Assembly (NCBI GenBank): GCA_047495785.1
Contig: JBLDXI010000018.1
Span: 579,464-643,463 of the forward strand
Length of the DNA stretch: 64,000 bases
Direction of reading: 5' to 3'
Origin: Lepidodermella squamata
Taxonomy: Eukaryota > Animalia > Gastrotricha
Each line of letters begins with the position of its first letter. The stretch's first letter is position 1. Positions 10,129 through 25,100 of the stretch are shown here, piece after piece. Below the pieces are notes generated by a model that saw only the letters and a list, made by a program, of their open reading frames with translations, did not search any database and was not told where the DNA came from. The position numbers and the translations under genes are program-made.

Positions 10129-13100
10129 TTGGCGCACATTTCGGATGACCGATATTTCGCTGCCAGCCAAAACGGCTGAAATCGCAGTTTTGGACCCTTG
10201 TGCGTATCACCACGATGCAGAAACGTGCTCCACCGCGGAAAATCAGCCATATTCTGGCATCATTCGATAGTGGCAGCATTGCCAAACACGTTTGCAGCCG
10301 ATTGGCGCACATATCGGATGACCGATATTTCGCTGCCAGCCAAAACGGCTGAAATGGCCGTTTTAGACCATTGTGCGTATCACCACGATGCAGAATCGTG
10401 CTCCACCGCGGTAAATCAGACATATTCTGGCATCATTCGATAGTGGCAGCATTGCCAAACACGTTTGCAGCCGATTGGCGCACATATCGGATGACCGATA
10501 TTTCGCTGCCAGCCAAAACGGCTGAAATCGCAGTTTTGGACCCTTGTGCGTATCACCACGATGCAGAATCGTGCTCCACCGCGGTAAATCAGCCATATTC
10601 TGGCATCATTCGAGAGTGGCAGCATTGCCAAACACGTTTGCAGCCGATTGGCGCACATATCGGATGACCGATATTTCGCTGCCAGCCAAAACGGCTGATA
10701 TCGCAGTTTTGGACACTTGTGCGTATCACCAAGATGCAGAATCGTGCTCCACCGCGGTAAATCAGCCATATTCTGGCATCATTCGATAGTGGCAGCATTG
10801 CCAAACACGTTTGCAGCCGATTGGCGCACATATCGGATGACCGATATTTCGCTGCCAGCCAAAACGGCTGATATCGCAGTTTTGGACCCTTGTGCGTATC
10901 ACCACGATGCAGAATCGTGCTCCACCGCGGTAAATCAGCCATATTCTGGCATCATTCGAGAGTGGCAGCGTTGCCAAACACGTTTGCAGCCGATTGGCGC
11001 ACATATCGGATGACCGATATTTCGCTGCCAGCCAAAACGGCTGAAATGGCCGTTTTAGACCATTGTGCGTATCACCACGATGCAGAATCGTGCTCCACCG
11101 CGGTAAATCAGACATATTCTGGCATCATTCGATAGTGGCAGCATTGCCAAACACGTTTGCAGCCGATTGGCGCACATATCGGATGACCGATATTTCGCTG
11201 CCAGCCAAAACGGCTGAAATCGCAGTTTTGGACCCTTGTGCGTATCACCACGATGCAGAATCGTGCTCCACCGCGGTAAATCAGCCATATTCTGGCATCA
11301 TTCGAGAGTGGCAGCATTGCCAAACACGTTTGCAGCCGATTGGCGCACATATCGGATGACCGATATTTCGCTGCCAGCCAAAACGGCTGATATCGCAGTT
11401 TTGGACACTTGTGCGTATCACCAAGATGCAGAATCGTGCTCCACCGCGGTAAATCAGCCATATTCTGGCATCATTCGATAGTGGCAGCATTGCCAAACAC
11501 GTTTGCAGCCGATTGGCGCACATATCGGATGACCGATATTTCGCTGCCAGCCAAAACGGCTGATATCGCAGTTTTGGACCCTTGTGCGTATCACCACGAT
11601 GCAGAATCGTGCTCCACCGCGGTAAATCAGCCATATTCTGGCATCATTCGAGAGTGGCAGCATTGCCAAACACGTTTGCAGCCGATTGGCGCACATATCG
11701 GATGACCGATATTTCGCTGCCAGCCAAAACGGCTGAAATCGCAGTTTTGGACCCTTGTGCGTATCACCACGATGCAGAAACGTGCTCCACCGCGGTAAAT
11801 CAGCCATATTCTGGCATCATTCGATAGTGGCAGCATTGCCAAACACGTTTGCAGCCGATTGGCGCACATATCGGATGACCGATATTTCGCTGCCAGCCAA
11901 AACGGCTGAAATGGCCGTTTTAGACCATTGTGCGTATCACCACGATGCAGAATCGTGCTCCACCGCGGTAAATCAGACATATTCTGGCATCATTCGATAG
12001 TGGCAGCATTGCCAAACACGTTTGCAGCCGATTGGCGCACATATCGGATGACCGATATTTCGCTGCCAGCCAAAACGGCTGAAATCGCAGTTTTGGACCC
12101 TTGTGCGTATCACCTCGATGCAGAAACGTGCTCCACCGCGGTAAATCAGCCATATTCTGGCATCATTCGATAGTGGCAGCATTGCCAAACACGTTTGCAG
12201 CCGATTGGCGCACATATCGGATGACCGATATTTCGCTGCCAGCCAAAACGGCTGATATCGCAGTTTTGGACACTTGTGCGTATCACCAAGATGCAGAATC
12301 GTGCTCCACCGCGGTAAATCAGCCATATTCTGGCATCATTCGATAGTGGCAGCATTGCCAAACACGTTTGCAGCCGATTGGCGCACATATCGGATGACCG
12401 ATATTTCGCTGCCAGCCAAAACGGCTGATATCGCAGTTTTGGACCCTTGTGCGTATCACCACGATGCAGAATCGTGCTCCACCGCGGTAAATCAGCCATA
12501 TTCTGGCATCATTCGAGAGTGGCAGCATTGCCAAACACGTTTGCAGCCGATTGGCGCACATATCGGATGACCGATATTTCGCTGCCAGCCAAAACGGCTG
12601 AAATCGCAGTTTTGGACCCTTGTGCGTATCACCACGATGCAGAAACGTGCTCCACCGCGGTAAATCAGCCATATTCTGGCATCATTCGATAGTGGCAGCA
12701 TTGCCAAACACGTTTGCAGCCGATTGGCGCACATATCGGATGACCGATATTTCGCTGCCAGCCAAAACGGCTGAAATGGCCGTTTTAGACCATTGTGCGT
12801 ATCACCACGATGCAGAATCGTGCTCCACCGCGGTAAATCAGACATATTCTGGCATCATTCGATAGTGGCAGCATTGCCAAACACGTTTGCAGCCGATTGG
12901 CGCACATATCGGATGACCGATATTTCGCTGCCAGCCAAAACGGCTGAAATCGCAGTTTTGGACCCTTGTGCGTATCACCACGATGCAGAAACGTGCTCCA
13001 CCGCGGTAAATCAGCCATATTCTGGCATCATTCGATAGTGGCAGCATTGCCAAACACGTTTGCAGCCGATTGGCGCACATATCGGATGACCGATATTTCG

Positions 13101-16100
13101 CTGCCAGCCAAAACGGCTGATATCGCAGTTTTGGACCCTTGTGCGTATCACCACGATGCAGAATCGTGCTCCACCGCGGTAAATCAGCCATATTCTGGCA
13201 TCATTCGAGAGTGGCAGCATTGCCAAACACGTTTGCAGCCGATTGGCGCACATATCGGATGACCGATATTTCGCTGCCAGCCAAAACGGCTGAAATCGCA
13301 GTTTTCGACCCTTGTGCGTATCACCACGATGCAGAATCGTGCTCCACCGCGGTAAATCAGACATATTCTGGCATCATTCGATAGTGGCAGCATTGCCAAA
13401 CACGTTTGCAGCCGATTGGCGCACATTTCGGATGACCGATATTTCGCTGCCAGCCAAAACGGCTGAAATCGCAGTTTTGGACCATTGTGCGTATCAGCAC
13501 GATGCAGAATCGTGCTCCACCGCGGTAAATCAGACATATTCTGGCATCATTCGATAGTGGCAGCATTGCCAAACACGTTTGCAGCCGATTGGCGCACATA
13601 TCGGATGACCGATATTTCGCTGCCAGCCAAAACGGCTGAAATCGCAGTTTTGGACCCTTGTGCGTATCACCACGATGCAGAAACGTGCTCCACCGCGGTA
13701 AATCAGCCATATTCTGGCATCATTCGATAGTGGCAGCATTGCCAAACACGTTTGCAGCCGATTGGCGCACATATCGGATGACCGATATTTCGCTGCCAGC
13801 CAAAACGGCTGATATCGCAGTTTTGGACACTTGTGCGTATCACCAAGATGCAGAATCGTGCTCCACCGCGGTAAATCAGCCATATTCTGGCATCATTCGA
13901 TAGTGGCAGCATTGCCAAACACGTTTGCAGCCGATTGGCGCACATATCGGATGACCGATTTTTCGCTGCCAGCCAAAACGGCTGATATCGCAGTTTTGGA
14001 CCCTTGTGCGTATCACCACGATGCAGAATCGTGCTCCACCGCGGTAAATCAGCCATATTCTGGCATCATTCGAGAGTGGCAGCATTGCCAAACACGTTTG
14101 CAGCCGATTGGCGCACATATCGGATGACCGATATTTCGCTGCCAGCCAAAACGGCTGAAATCGCAGTTTTCGACCCTTGTGCGTATCACCACGATGCAGA
14201 ATCGTGCTCCACCGCGGTAAATCAGACATATTCTGGCATCATTCGATAGTGGCAGCATTGCCAAACACGTTTGCAGCCGATTGGCGCACATTTCGGATGA
14301 CCGATATTTCGCTGCCAGCCAAAACGGCTGAAATCGCAGTTTTGGACCATTGTGCGTATCACCATGATGCAGAATCGTGCTCCACCGCGGTAAATCAGCC
14401 ATATTCTGGCATCATTCGAGAGTGGCAGCGTTGCCAAACACGTTTGCAGCCGATTGGCGCACATTTCGGATGACCGATATTTCGCTGCCAGCCAAAACGG
14501 CTGATATCGCAGTTTTCGACCCTTGTGCGTATCACCACGATGCAGAATCGTGCTCCACCGCGGTAAATCAGCCATATTCTGGCATCATTCGATAGTGGCA
14601 GCATTGCCAAACACGTTTGCAGCCGATTGGCGCACATATCGGATGACCGATATTTCGCTGCCAGCCAAAACGGCTGAAATCGCAGTTTTGGACCATTGTG
14701 CGTATCACCATGATGCAGAATCGTGCTCCACCGCGGTAAATCAGACATATTCTGGCATCATTCGATAGTGGCAGCATTGCCAAACACGTTTGCAGCCGAT
14801 TGGCGCACATTTCGGATGACCGATATTTCGCTGCCAGCCAAAACGGCTGATATCGCAGTTTTCGACCCTTGTGCGTATCACCACGATGCAGAATCGTGCT
14901 CCACCGCGGTAAATCAGCCATATTCTGGCATCATTCGATAGTGGCAGCATTGCCAAACACGTTTGCAGCCGATTGGCGCACATATCGGATGACCGATATT
15001 TCGCTGCCAGCCAAAACGGCTGATATCGCAGTTTTGGACCCTTGTGCGTATCACCACGATGCAGAATCGTGCTCCACCGCGGTAAATCAGCCATATTCTG
15101 GCATCATTCGATAGTGGCAGCATTGCTAAACACGTTTGCAGCCGATTGGCGCACATTTCGGATGACCGATATTTCGCTGCCAGCCAAAACGGCTGAAATC
15201 GCAGTTTTCGACCCTTGTGCGTATCACCACGATGCAGAATCGTGCTCCACCGCGGTAAATCAGCCATATTCTGGCATCATTCGAGAGTGGCAGCGTTGCC
15301 AAACACGTTTGCAGCCGATTGGCGCACATATCGGATGACCGATATTTCGCTGCCAGCCAAAACGCCTGAAATCGCAGTTTTGGACCCTTGTGCGTATCAC
15401 CATGATGCAGAATCGTGCTCCACCGCGGTAAATCAGCCATATTCTGGCATCATTCGATAGTGGCAGCATTGCCAAACACGTTTGCAGCCGATTGGCGCAC
15501 ATATCGGATGACCGATATTTCGCTGCCAGCCAAAACGGCTGAAATGGCCGTTTTAGACCATTGTGCGTATCACCACGATGCAGAATCGTGCTCCACCGCG
15601 GTAAATCAGACATATTCTGGCATCATTCGATAGTGGCAGCATTGCCAAACACGTTTGCAGCCGATTGGCGCACATATCGGATGACCGATATTTCGCTGCC
15701 AGCCAAAACGGCTGAAATCGCAGTTTTCGACCCTTGTGCGTATCACCACGATGCAGAATCGTGCTCCACCGCGGTAAATCAGCCATATTCTGGCATCATT
15801 CGAGAGTGGCAGCATTGCCAAACACGTTTGCAGCCGATTGGCGCACATATCGGATGACCGATATTTCGCTGCCAGCCAAAACGCCTGAAATCGCAGTTTT
15901 GGACCCTTGTGCGTATCACCACGATGCAGAAACGTGCTCCACCGCGGTAAATCAGCCATATTCTGGCATCATTCGATAGTGGCAGCATTGCCAAACACGT
16001 TTGCAGCCGATTGGCGCACATATCGGATGACCGATATTTCGCTGCCAGCCAAAACGGCTGAAATGGCCGTTTTAGACCATTGTGCGTATCACCACGATGC

Positions 16101-19100
16101 AGAATCGTGCTCCACCGCGGTAAATCAGACATATTCTGGCATCATTCGATAGTGGCAGCATTGCCAAACACGTTTGCAGCCGATTGGCGCACATTTCGGA
16201 TGACCGATATTTCGCTGCCAGCCAAAACGGCTGAAATCGCAGTTTTGGACCATTGTGCGTATCACCATGATGCAGAATCGTGCTCCACCGCGGTAAATCA
16301 GCCATATTCTGGCATCATTCGAGAGTGGCAGCGTTGCCAAACACGTTTGCAGCCGATTGGCGCACATTTCGGATGACCGATATTTCGCTGCCAGCCAAAA
16401 CGGCTGATATCGCAGTTTTGGACCCTTGTGCGTGTCACCACGATGCAGAATCGTGCTCCACCGCGGTAAATCAGCCATATTCTGGCATCATTCGAGAGTG
16501 GCAGCATTGCCAAACACGTTTGCAGCCGATTGGCGCACATATCGGATGACCGATATTTCGCTGCCAGCCAAAACGGCTGATATCGCAGTTTTCGACCCTT
16601 GTGCGTATCACCACGATGCAGAATCGTGCTCCACCGCGGTAAATCAGCCATATTCTGGCATCATTCGAGAGTGGCAGCGTTGCCAAACACGTTTGCAGCC
16701 GATTGGCGCACATTTCGGATGACCGATATTTCGCTGCCAGCCCAAACGCCTGAAATCGCAGTTTTGGACCCTTGTGCGTATCACCACGATGCAGAATCGT
16801 GCTCCACCGCGGTAAATCAGACATATTCTGGCATCATTCGATAGTGGCAGCATTGCCAAACACGTTTGCAGCCGATTGGCGCACATTTCGGATGACCGAT
16901 ATTTCGCTGCCAGCCAAAACGGCTGATATCGCAGTTTTGGACCCTTGTGCGTATCACCACGATGCAGAATCGTGCTCCACCGCGGTAAATCAGACATATT
17001 CTGGCATCATTCAATAGTGGCAGCATTGCCAAACACGTTTGCAGCCGATTGGCGCACATTTCGGATGACCGATATTTCGCTGCCAGCCAAAACGGCTGAT
17101 ATCGCAGTTTTGGACCCTTGTGCGTATCACCACGATGCAGAATCGTGCTCCACCGCGGTAAATCAGCCATATTCTGGCATCATTCGAGAGTGGCAGCGTT
17201 GCCAAACACGTTTGCAGCCGATTGGCGCACATATCGGATGACCGATATTTCGCTGCCAGCCAAAACGCCTGAAATCGCAGTTTTGGACCCTTGTGCGTAT
17301 CACCATGATGCAGAATCGTGCTCCACCGCGGTAAATCAGCCATATTCTGGCATCATTCGATAGTGGCAGCATTGCCAAACACGTTTGCAGCCGATTGGCG
17401 CACATATCGGATGACCGATATTTCGCTGCCAGCCAAAACGGCTGAAATGGCCGTTTTAGACCATTGTGCGTATCACCACGATGCAGAATCGTGCTCCACC
17501 GCGGTAAATCAGACATATTCTGGCATCATTCGATAGTGGCAGCATTGCCAAACACGTTTGCAGCCGATTGGCGCACATATCGGATGACCGATATTTCGCT
17601 GCCAGCCAAAACGGCTGAAATCGCAGTTTTCGACCCTTGTGCGTATCACCACGATGCAGAATCGTGCTCCACCGCGGTAAATCAGCCATATTCTGGCATC
17701 ATTCGAGAGTGGCAGCATTGCCAAACACGTTTGCAGCCGATTGGCGCACATATCGGATGACCGATATTTCGCTGCCAGCCAAAACGCCTGAAATCGCAGT
17801 TTTGGACCCTTGTGCGTATCACCACGATGCAGAAACGTGCTCCACCGCGGTAAATCAGCCATATTCTGGCATCATTCGATAGTGGCAGCATTGCCAAACA
17901 CGTTTGCAGCCGATTGGCGCACATATCGGATGACCGATATTTCGCTGCCAGCCAAAACGGCTGAAATGGCCGTTTTAGACCATTGTGCGTATCACCACGA
18001 TGCAGAATCGTGCTCCACCGCGGTAAATCAGACATATTCTGGCATCATTCGATAGTGGCAGCATTGCCAAACACGTTTGCAGCCGATTGGCGCACATTTC
18101 GGATGACCGATATTTCGCTGCCAGCCAAAACGGCTGAAATCGCAGTTTTGGACCATTGTGCGTATCACCATGATGCAGAATCGTGCTCCACCGCGGTAAA
18201 TCAGCCATATTCTGGCATCATTCGAGAGTGGCAGCGTTGCCAAACACGTTTGCAGCCGATTGGCGCACATTTCGGATGACCGATATTTCGCTGCCAGCCA
18301 AAACGGCTGATATCGCAGTTTTGGACCCTTGTGCGTGTCACCACGATGCAGAATCGTGCTCCACCGCGGTAAATCAGCCATATTCTGGCATCATTCGAGA
18401 GTGGCAGCATTGCCAAACACGTTTGCAGCCGATTGGCGCACATATCGGATGACCGATATTTCGCTGCCAGCCAAAACGGCTGATATCGCAGTTTTGGACC
18501 CTTGTGCGTATCACCACGATGCAGAATCGTGCTCCACCGCGGTAAATCAGCCATATTCTGGCATCATTCGAGAGTGGCAGCGTTGCCAAACACGTTTGCA
18601 GCCGATTGGCGCACATTTCGGATGACCGATATTTCGCTGCCAGCCCAAACGCCTGAAATCGCAGTTTTGGACCCTTGTGCGTATCACCACGATGCAGAAT
18701 CGTGCTCCACCGCGGTAAATCAGACATATTCTGGCATCATTCGATAGTGGCAGCATTGCCAAACACGTTTGCAGCCGATTGGCGCACATTTCGGATGACC
18801 GATATTTCGCTGCCAGCCAAAACGGCTGATATCGCAGTTTTGGACCCTTGTGCGTATCACCACGATGCAGAATCGTGCTCCACCGCGGTAAATCAGACAT
18901 ATTCTGGCATCATTCGATAGTGGCAGCATTGCCAAACACGTTTGCAGCCGATTGGCGCACATTTCGGATGACCGATATTTCGCTGCCAGCCAAAACGGCT
19001 GATATCGCAGTTTTGGACCCTTGTGCGTATCACCACGATGCAGAATCGTGCTCCACCGCGGTAAATCAGCCATATTCTGGCATCATTCGAGAGTGGCAGC

Positions 19101-22100
19101 GTTGCCAAACACGTTTGCAGCCGATTGGCGCACATATCGGATGACCGATATTTCGCTGCCAGCCAAAACGGCTGATATCGCAGTTTTGGACCCTTGTGCG
19201 TATCACCACGATGCAGAATCGTGCTCCACCGCGGTAAATCAGCCATATTCTGGCATCATTCGATAGTGGCAGCATTGCCAAACACGTTTGCAGCCGATTG
19301 GCGCACATTTCGGATGACCGATATTTCGCTGCCAGCCAAAACGGCTGATATCGCAGTTTTCGACCCTTGTGCGTATCACCACGATGCAGAATCGTGCTCC
19401 ACCGCGGTAAATCAGCCATATTCTGGCATCATTCGAGAGTGGCAGCATTGCCAAACACGTTTGCAGCCGATTGGCGCACATATCGGATGACCGATATTTC
19501 GCTGCCAGCCAAAACGGCTGAAATCGCAGTTTTCGACCCTTGTGCGTATCACCACGATGCAGAATCGTGCTCCACCGCGGTAAATCAGCCATATTCTGGC
19601 ATCATTCGAGAGTGGCAGCATTGCCAAACACGTTTGCAGCCGATTGGCGCACATTTCGGATGACCGATATTTCGCTGCCAGCCAAAACGGCTGAAATCGC
19701 AGTTTTGGACCCTTGTGCGTATCACCACGATGCAGAATCGTGCTCCACCGCGGTAAATCAGACATATTCTGGCATCATTCGATAGTGGCAGCATTGCCAA
19801 ACACGTTTGCAGCCGATTGGCGCACATTTCGGATGACCGATATTTCGCTGCCAGCCAAAACGGCTGATATCGCAGTTTTGGACCCTTGTGCGTATCACCA
19901 CGATGCAGAATCGTGCTCCACCGCGGTAAATCAGCCATATTCTGGCATCATTCGAGAGTGGCAGCGTTGCCAAACACGTTTGCAGCCGATTGGCGCACAT
20001 ATCGGATGACCGATATTTCGCTGCCAGCCAAAACGGCTGATATCGCAGTTTTGGACCCTTGTGCGTATCACCACGATGCAGAATCGTGCTCCACCGCGGT
20101 AAATCAGCCATATTCTGGCATCATTCGATAGTGGCAGCATTGCCAAACACGTTTGCAGCCGATTGGCGCACATTTCGGATGACCGATATTTCGCTGCCAG
20201 CCAAAACGGCTGATATCGCAGTTTTCGACCCTTGTGCGTATCACCACGATGCAGAATCGTGCTCCACCGCGGTAAATCAGCCATATTCTGGCATCATTCG
20301 AGAGTGGCAGCATTGCCAAACACGTTTGCAGCCGATTGGCGCACATATCGGATGACCGATATTTCGCTGCCAGCCAAAACGGCTGAAATCGCAGTTTTCG
20401 ACCCTTGTGCGTATCACCACGATGCAGAATCGTGCTCCACCGCGGTAAATCAGCCATATTCTGGCATCATTCGAGAGTGGCAGCATTGCCAAACACGTTT
20501 GCAGCCGATTGGCGCACATTTCGGATGACCGATATTTCGCTGCCAGCCAAAACGGCTGATATCGCAGTTTTCGACCCTTGTGCGTATCACCACGATGCAG
20601 AATCGTGCTCCACCGCGGTAAATCAGCCATATTCTGGCATCATTCGATAGTGGCAGCATTGCCAAACACGTTTGCAGCCGATTGGCGCACATATCGGATG
20701 ACCGATATTTCGCTGCCAGCCAAAACGGCTGATATCGCAGTTTTGGACCCTTGTGCGTATCACCACGATGCAGAATCGTGCTCCACCGCGGTAAATCAGC
20801 CATATTCTGGCATCATTCGATAGTGGCAGCATTGCTAAACACGTTTGCAGCCGATTGGCGCACATTTCGGATGACCGATATTTCGCTGCCAGCCAAAACG
20901 GCTGAAATCGCAGTTTTCGACCCTTGTGCGTATCACCACGATGCAGAATCGTGCTCCACCGCGGTAAATCAGCCATATTCTGGCATCATTCGAGAGTGGC
21001 AGCGTTGCCAAACACGTTTGCAGCCGATTGGCGCACATATCGGATGACCGATATTTCGCTGCCAGCCAAAACGCCTGAAATCGCAGTTTTGGACCCTTGT
21101 GCGTATCACCATGATGCAGAATCGTGCTCCACCGCGGTAAATCAGCCATATTCTGGCATCATTCGATAGTGGCAGCATTGCCAAACACGTTTGCAGCCGA
21201 TTGGCGCACATATCGGATGACCGATATTTCGCTGCCAGCCAAAACGGCTGAAATGGCCGTTTTAGACCATTGTGCGTATCACCACGATGCAGAATCGTGC
21301 TCCACCGCGGTAAATCAGACATATTCTGGCATCATTCGATAGTGGCAGCATTGCCAAACACGTTTGCAGCCGATTGGCGCACATATCGGATGACCGATAT
21401 TTCGCTGCCAGCCAAAACGGCTGAAATCGCCGTTTTAGACCATTGTGCGTATCACCACGATGCAGAATCGTGCTCCACCGCGGTAAATCAGCCATATTCT
21501 GGCATCATTCGAGAGTGGCAGCATTGCCAAACACGTTTGCAGCCGATTGGCGCACATATTGGATGACCGATATTTCGCTGCCAGCCAAAACGGCTGAAAT
21601 CGCAGTTTTCGACCCTTGTGCGTATCACCACGATGCAGAATCGTGCTCCACCGCGGTAAATCAGCCATATTCTGGCATCATTCGAGAGTGGCAGCATTGC
21701 CAAACACGTTTGCAGCCGATTGGCGCACATATCGGATGACCGATATTTCGCTGCCAGCCAAAACGCCTGAAATCGCAGTTTTGGACCCTTGTGCGTATCA
21801 CCACGATGCAGAAACGTGCTCCACCGCGGTAAATCAGCCATATTCTGGCATCATTCGATAGTGGCAGCATTGCCAAACACGTTTGCAGCCGATTGGCGCA
21901 CATATCGGATGACCGATATTTCGCTGCCAGCCAAAACGGCTGAAATGGCCGTTTTAGACCATTGTGCGTATCACCACGATGCAGAATCGTGCTCCACCGC
22001 GGTAAATCAGACATATTCTGGCATCATTCGATAGTGGCAGCATTGCCAAACACGTTTGCAGCCGATTGGCGCACATTTCGGATGACCGATATTTCGCTGC

Positions 22101-25100
22101 CAGCCAAAACGGCTGAAATCGCAGTTTTGGACCATTGTGCGTATCACCATGATGCAGAATCGTGCTCCACCGCGGTAAATCAGCCATATTCTGGCATCAT
22201 TCGAGAGTGGCAGCGTTGCCAAACACGTTTGCAGCCGATTGGCGCACATTTCGGATGACCGATATTTCGCTGCCAGCCAAAACGGCTGATATCGCAGTTT
22301 TGGACCCTTGTGCGTGTCACCACGATGCAGAATCGTGCTCCACCGCGGTAAATCAGCCATATTCTGGCATCATTCGAGAGTGGCAGCATTGCCAAACACG
22401 TTTGCAGCCGATTGGCGCACATATCGGATGACCGATATTTCGCTGCCAGCCAAAACGGCTGATATCGCAGTTTTGGACCCTTGTGCGTATCACCACGATG
22501 CAGAATCGTGCTCCACCGCGGTAAATCAGCCATATTCTGGCATCATTCGAGAGTGGCAGCGTTGCCAAACACGTTTGCAGCCGATTGGCGCACATTTCGG
22601 ATGACCGATATTTCGCTGCCAGCCCAAACGCCTGAAATCGCAGTTTTGGACCCTTGTGCGTATCACCACGATGCAGAATCGTGCTCCACCGCGGTAAATC
22701 AGACATATTCTGGCATCATTCGATAGTGGCAGCATTGCCAAACACGTTTGCAGCCGATTGGCGCACATTTCGGATGACCGATATTTCGCTGCCAGCCAAA
22801 ACGGCTGATATCGCAGTTTTGGACCCTTGTGCGTATCACCACGATGCAGAATCGTGCTCCACCGCGGTAAATCAGACATATTCTGGCATCATTCGATAGT
22901 GGCAGCATTGCCAAACACGTTTGCAGCCGATTGGCGCACATTTCGGATGACCGATATTTCGCTGCCAGCCAAAACGGCTGATATCGCAGTTTTGGACCCT
23001 TGTGCGTATCACCACGATGCAGAATCGTGCTCCACCGCGGTAAATCAGCCATATTCTGGCATCATTCGAGAGTGGCAGCGTTGCCAAACACGTTTGCAGC
23101 CGATTGGCGCACATATCGGATGACCGATATTTCGCTGCCAGCCAAAACGGCTGATATCGCAGTTTTGGACCCTTGTGCGTATCACCACGATGCAGAATCG
23201 TGCTCCACCGCGGTAAATCAGCCATATTCTGGCATCATTCGATAGTGGCAGCATTGCCAAACACGTTTGCAGCCGATTGGCGCACATTTCGGATGACCGA
23301 TATTTCGCTGCCAGCCAAAACGGCTGATATCGCAGTTTTCGACCCTTGTGCGTATCACCACGATGCAGAATCGTGCTCCACCGCGGTAAATCAGCCATAT
23401 TCTGGCATCATTCGAGAGTGGCAGCATTGCCAAACACGTTTGCAGCCGATTGGCGCACATATCGGATGACCGATATTTCGCTGCCAGCCAAAACGCCTGA
23501 AATCGCAGTTTTGGACCCTTGTGCGTATCACCACGATGCAGAAACGTGCTCCACCGCGGTAAATCAGCCATATTCTGGCATCATTCGATAGTGGCAGCAT
23601 TGCCAAACACGTTTGCAGCCGATTGGCGCACATATCGGATGACCGATATTTCGCTGCCAGCCAAAACGGCTGAAATGGCCGTTTTAGACCATTGTGCGTA
23701 TCACCACGATGCAGAATCGTGCTCCACCGCGGTAAATCAGCCATATTCTGGCATCATTCGAGAGTGGCAGCGTTGCCAAACACGTTTGCAGCCGATTGGC
23801 GCACATTTCGGATGACCGATATTTCGCTGCCAGCCCAAACGCCTGAAATCGCAGTTTTGGACCCTTGTGCGTATCACCACGATGCAGAATCGTGCTCCAC
23901 CGCGGTAAATCAGACATATTCTGGCATCATTCGATAGTGGCAGCATTGCCAAACACGTTTGCAGCCGATTGGCGCACATTTCGGATGACCGATATTTCGC
24001 TGCCAGCCAAAACGGCTGATATCGCAGTTTTGGACCCTTGTGCGTATCACCACGATGCAGAATCGTGCTCCACCGCGGTAAATCAGACATATTCTGGCAT
24101 CATTCGATAGTGGCAGCATTGCCAAACACGTTTGCAGCCGATTGGCGCACATTTCGGATGACCGATATTTCGCTGCCAGCCAAAACGGCTGATATCGCAG
24201 TTTTGGACCCTTGTGCGTATCACCACGATGCAGAATCGTGCTCCACCGCGGTAAATCAGACATATTCTGGCATCATTCGATAGTGGCAGCATTGCCAAAC
24301 ACGTTTGCAGCCGATTGGCGCACATTTCGGATGACCGATATTTCGCTGCCAGCCAAAACGGCTGATATCGCAGTTTTGGACCCTTGTGCGTATCACCACG
24401 ATGCAGAATCGTGCTCCACCGCGGTAAATCAGCCATATTCTGGCATCATTCGAGAGTGGCAGCGTTGCCAAACACGTTTGCAGCCGATTGGCGCACATAT
24501 CGGATGACCGATATTTCGCTGCCAGCCAAAACGGCTGATATCGCAGTTTTGGACCCTTGTGCGTATCACCACGATGCAGAATCGTGCTCCACCGCGGTAA
24601 ATCAGCCATATTCTGGCATCATTCGATAGTGGCAGCATTGCCAAACACGTTTGCAGCCGATTGGCGCACATATCGGATGACCGATATTTCGCTGCCAGCC
24701 AAAACGCCTGAAATCGCAGTTTTGGACCCTTGTGCGTATCACCACGATGCAGAAACGTGCTCCACCGCGGTAAATCAGCCATATTCTGGCATCATTCGAT
24801 AGTGGCAGCATTGCCAAACACGTTTGCAGCCGATTGGCGCACATATCGGATGACCGATATTTCGCTGCCAGCCAAAACGGCTGAAATGGCCGTTTTAGAC
24901 CATTGTGCGTATCACCACGATGCAGAATCGTGCTCCACCGCGGTAAATCAGCCATATTCTGGCATCATTCGAGAGTGGCAGCGTTGCCAAACACGTTTGC
25001 AGCCGATTGGCGCACATTTCGGATGACCGATATTTCGCTGCCAGCCCAAACGCCTGAAATCGCAGTTTTGGACCCTTGTGCGTATCACCACGATGCAGAA

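Noticed and set aside
10139-10155. CENP-B box-like TTTCGGATGACCGATAT
   Set aside because: Matches only TTCG and the A (5 of 9 essential positions); CGGG is absent.
10129-10301. Hammerhead ribozyme satellite or retrozyme
   Set aside because: No CTGANGA core on either strand of the monomer (only CTGAWAT, CTGATTT, GGATGA). An Infernal/Rfam scan would be the decisive test.
10129-10301. Spliced-leader/snRNA or tRNA-derived gene array (G|GTAAAT donor-like, AGTTTTGGA Sm-like, TGGCGCA A-box-like)
   Set aside because: Donor to Sm-like distance (~120 nt) is longer than in typical SL RNAs, the Sm-like site is often mutated (TTTTCGA), no proper B-box lies on the same strand, and there is no spacer for a promoter.
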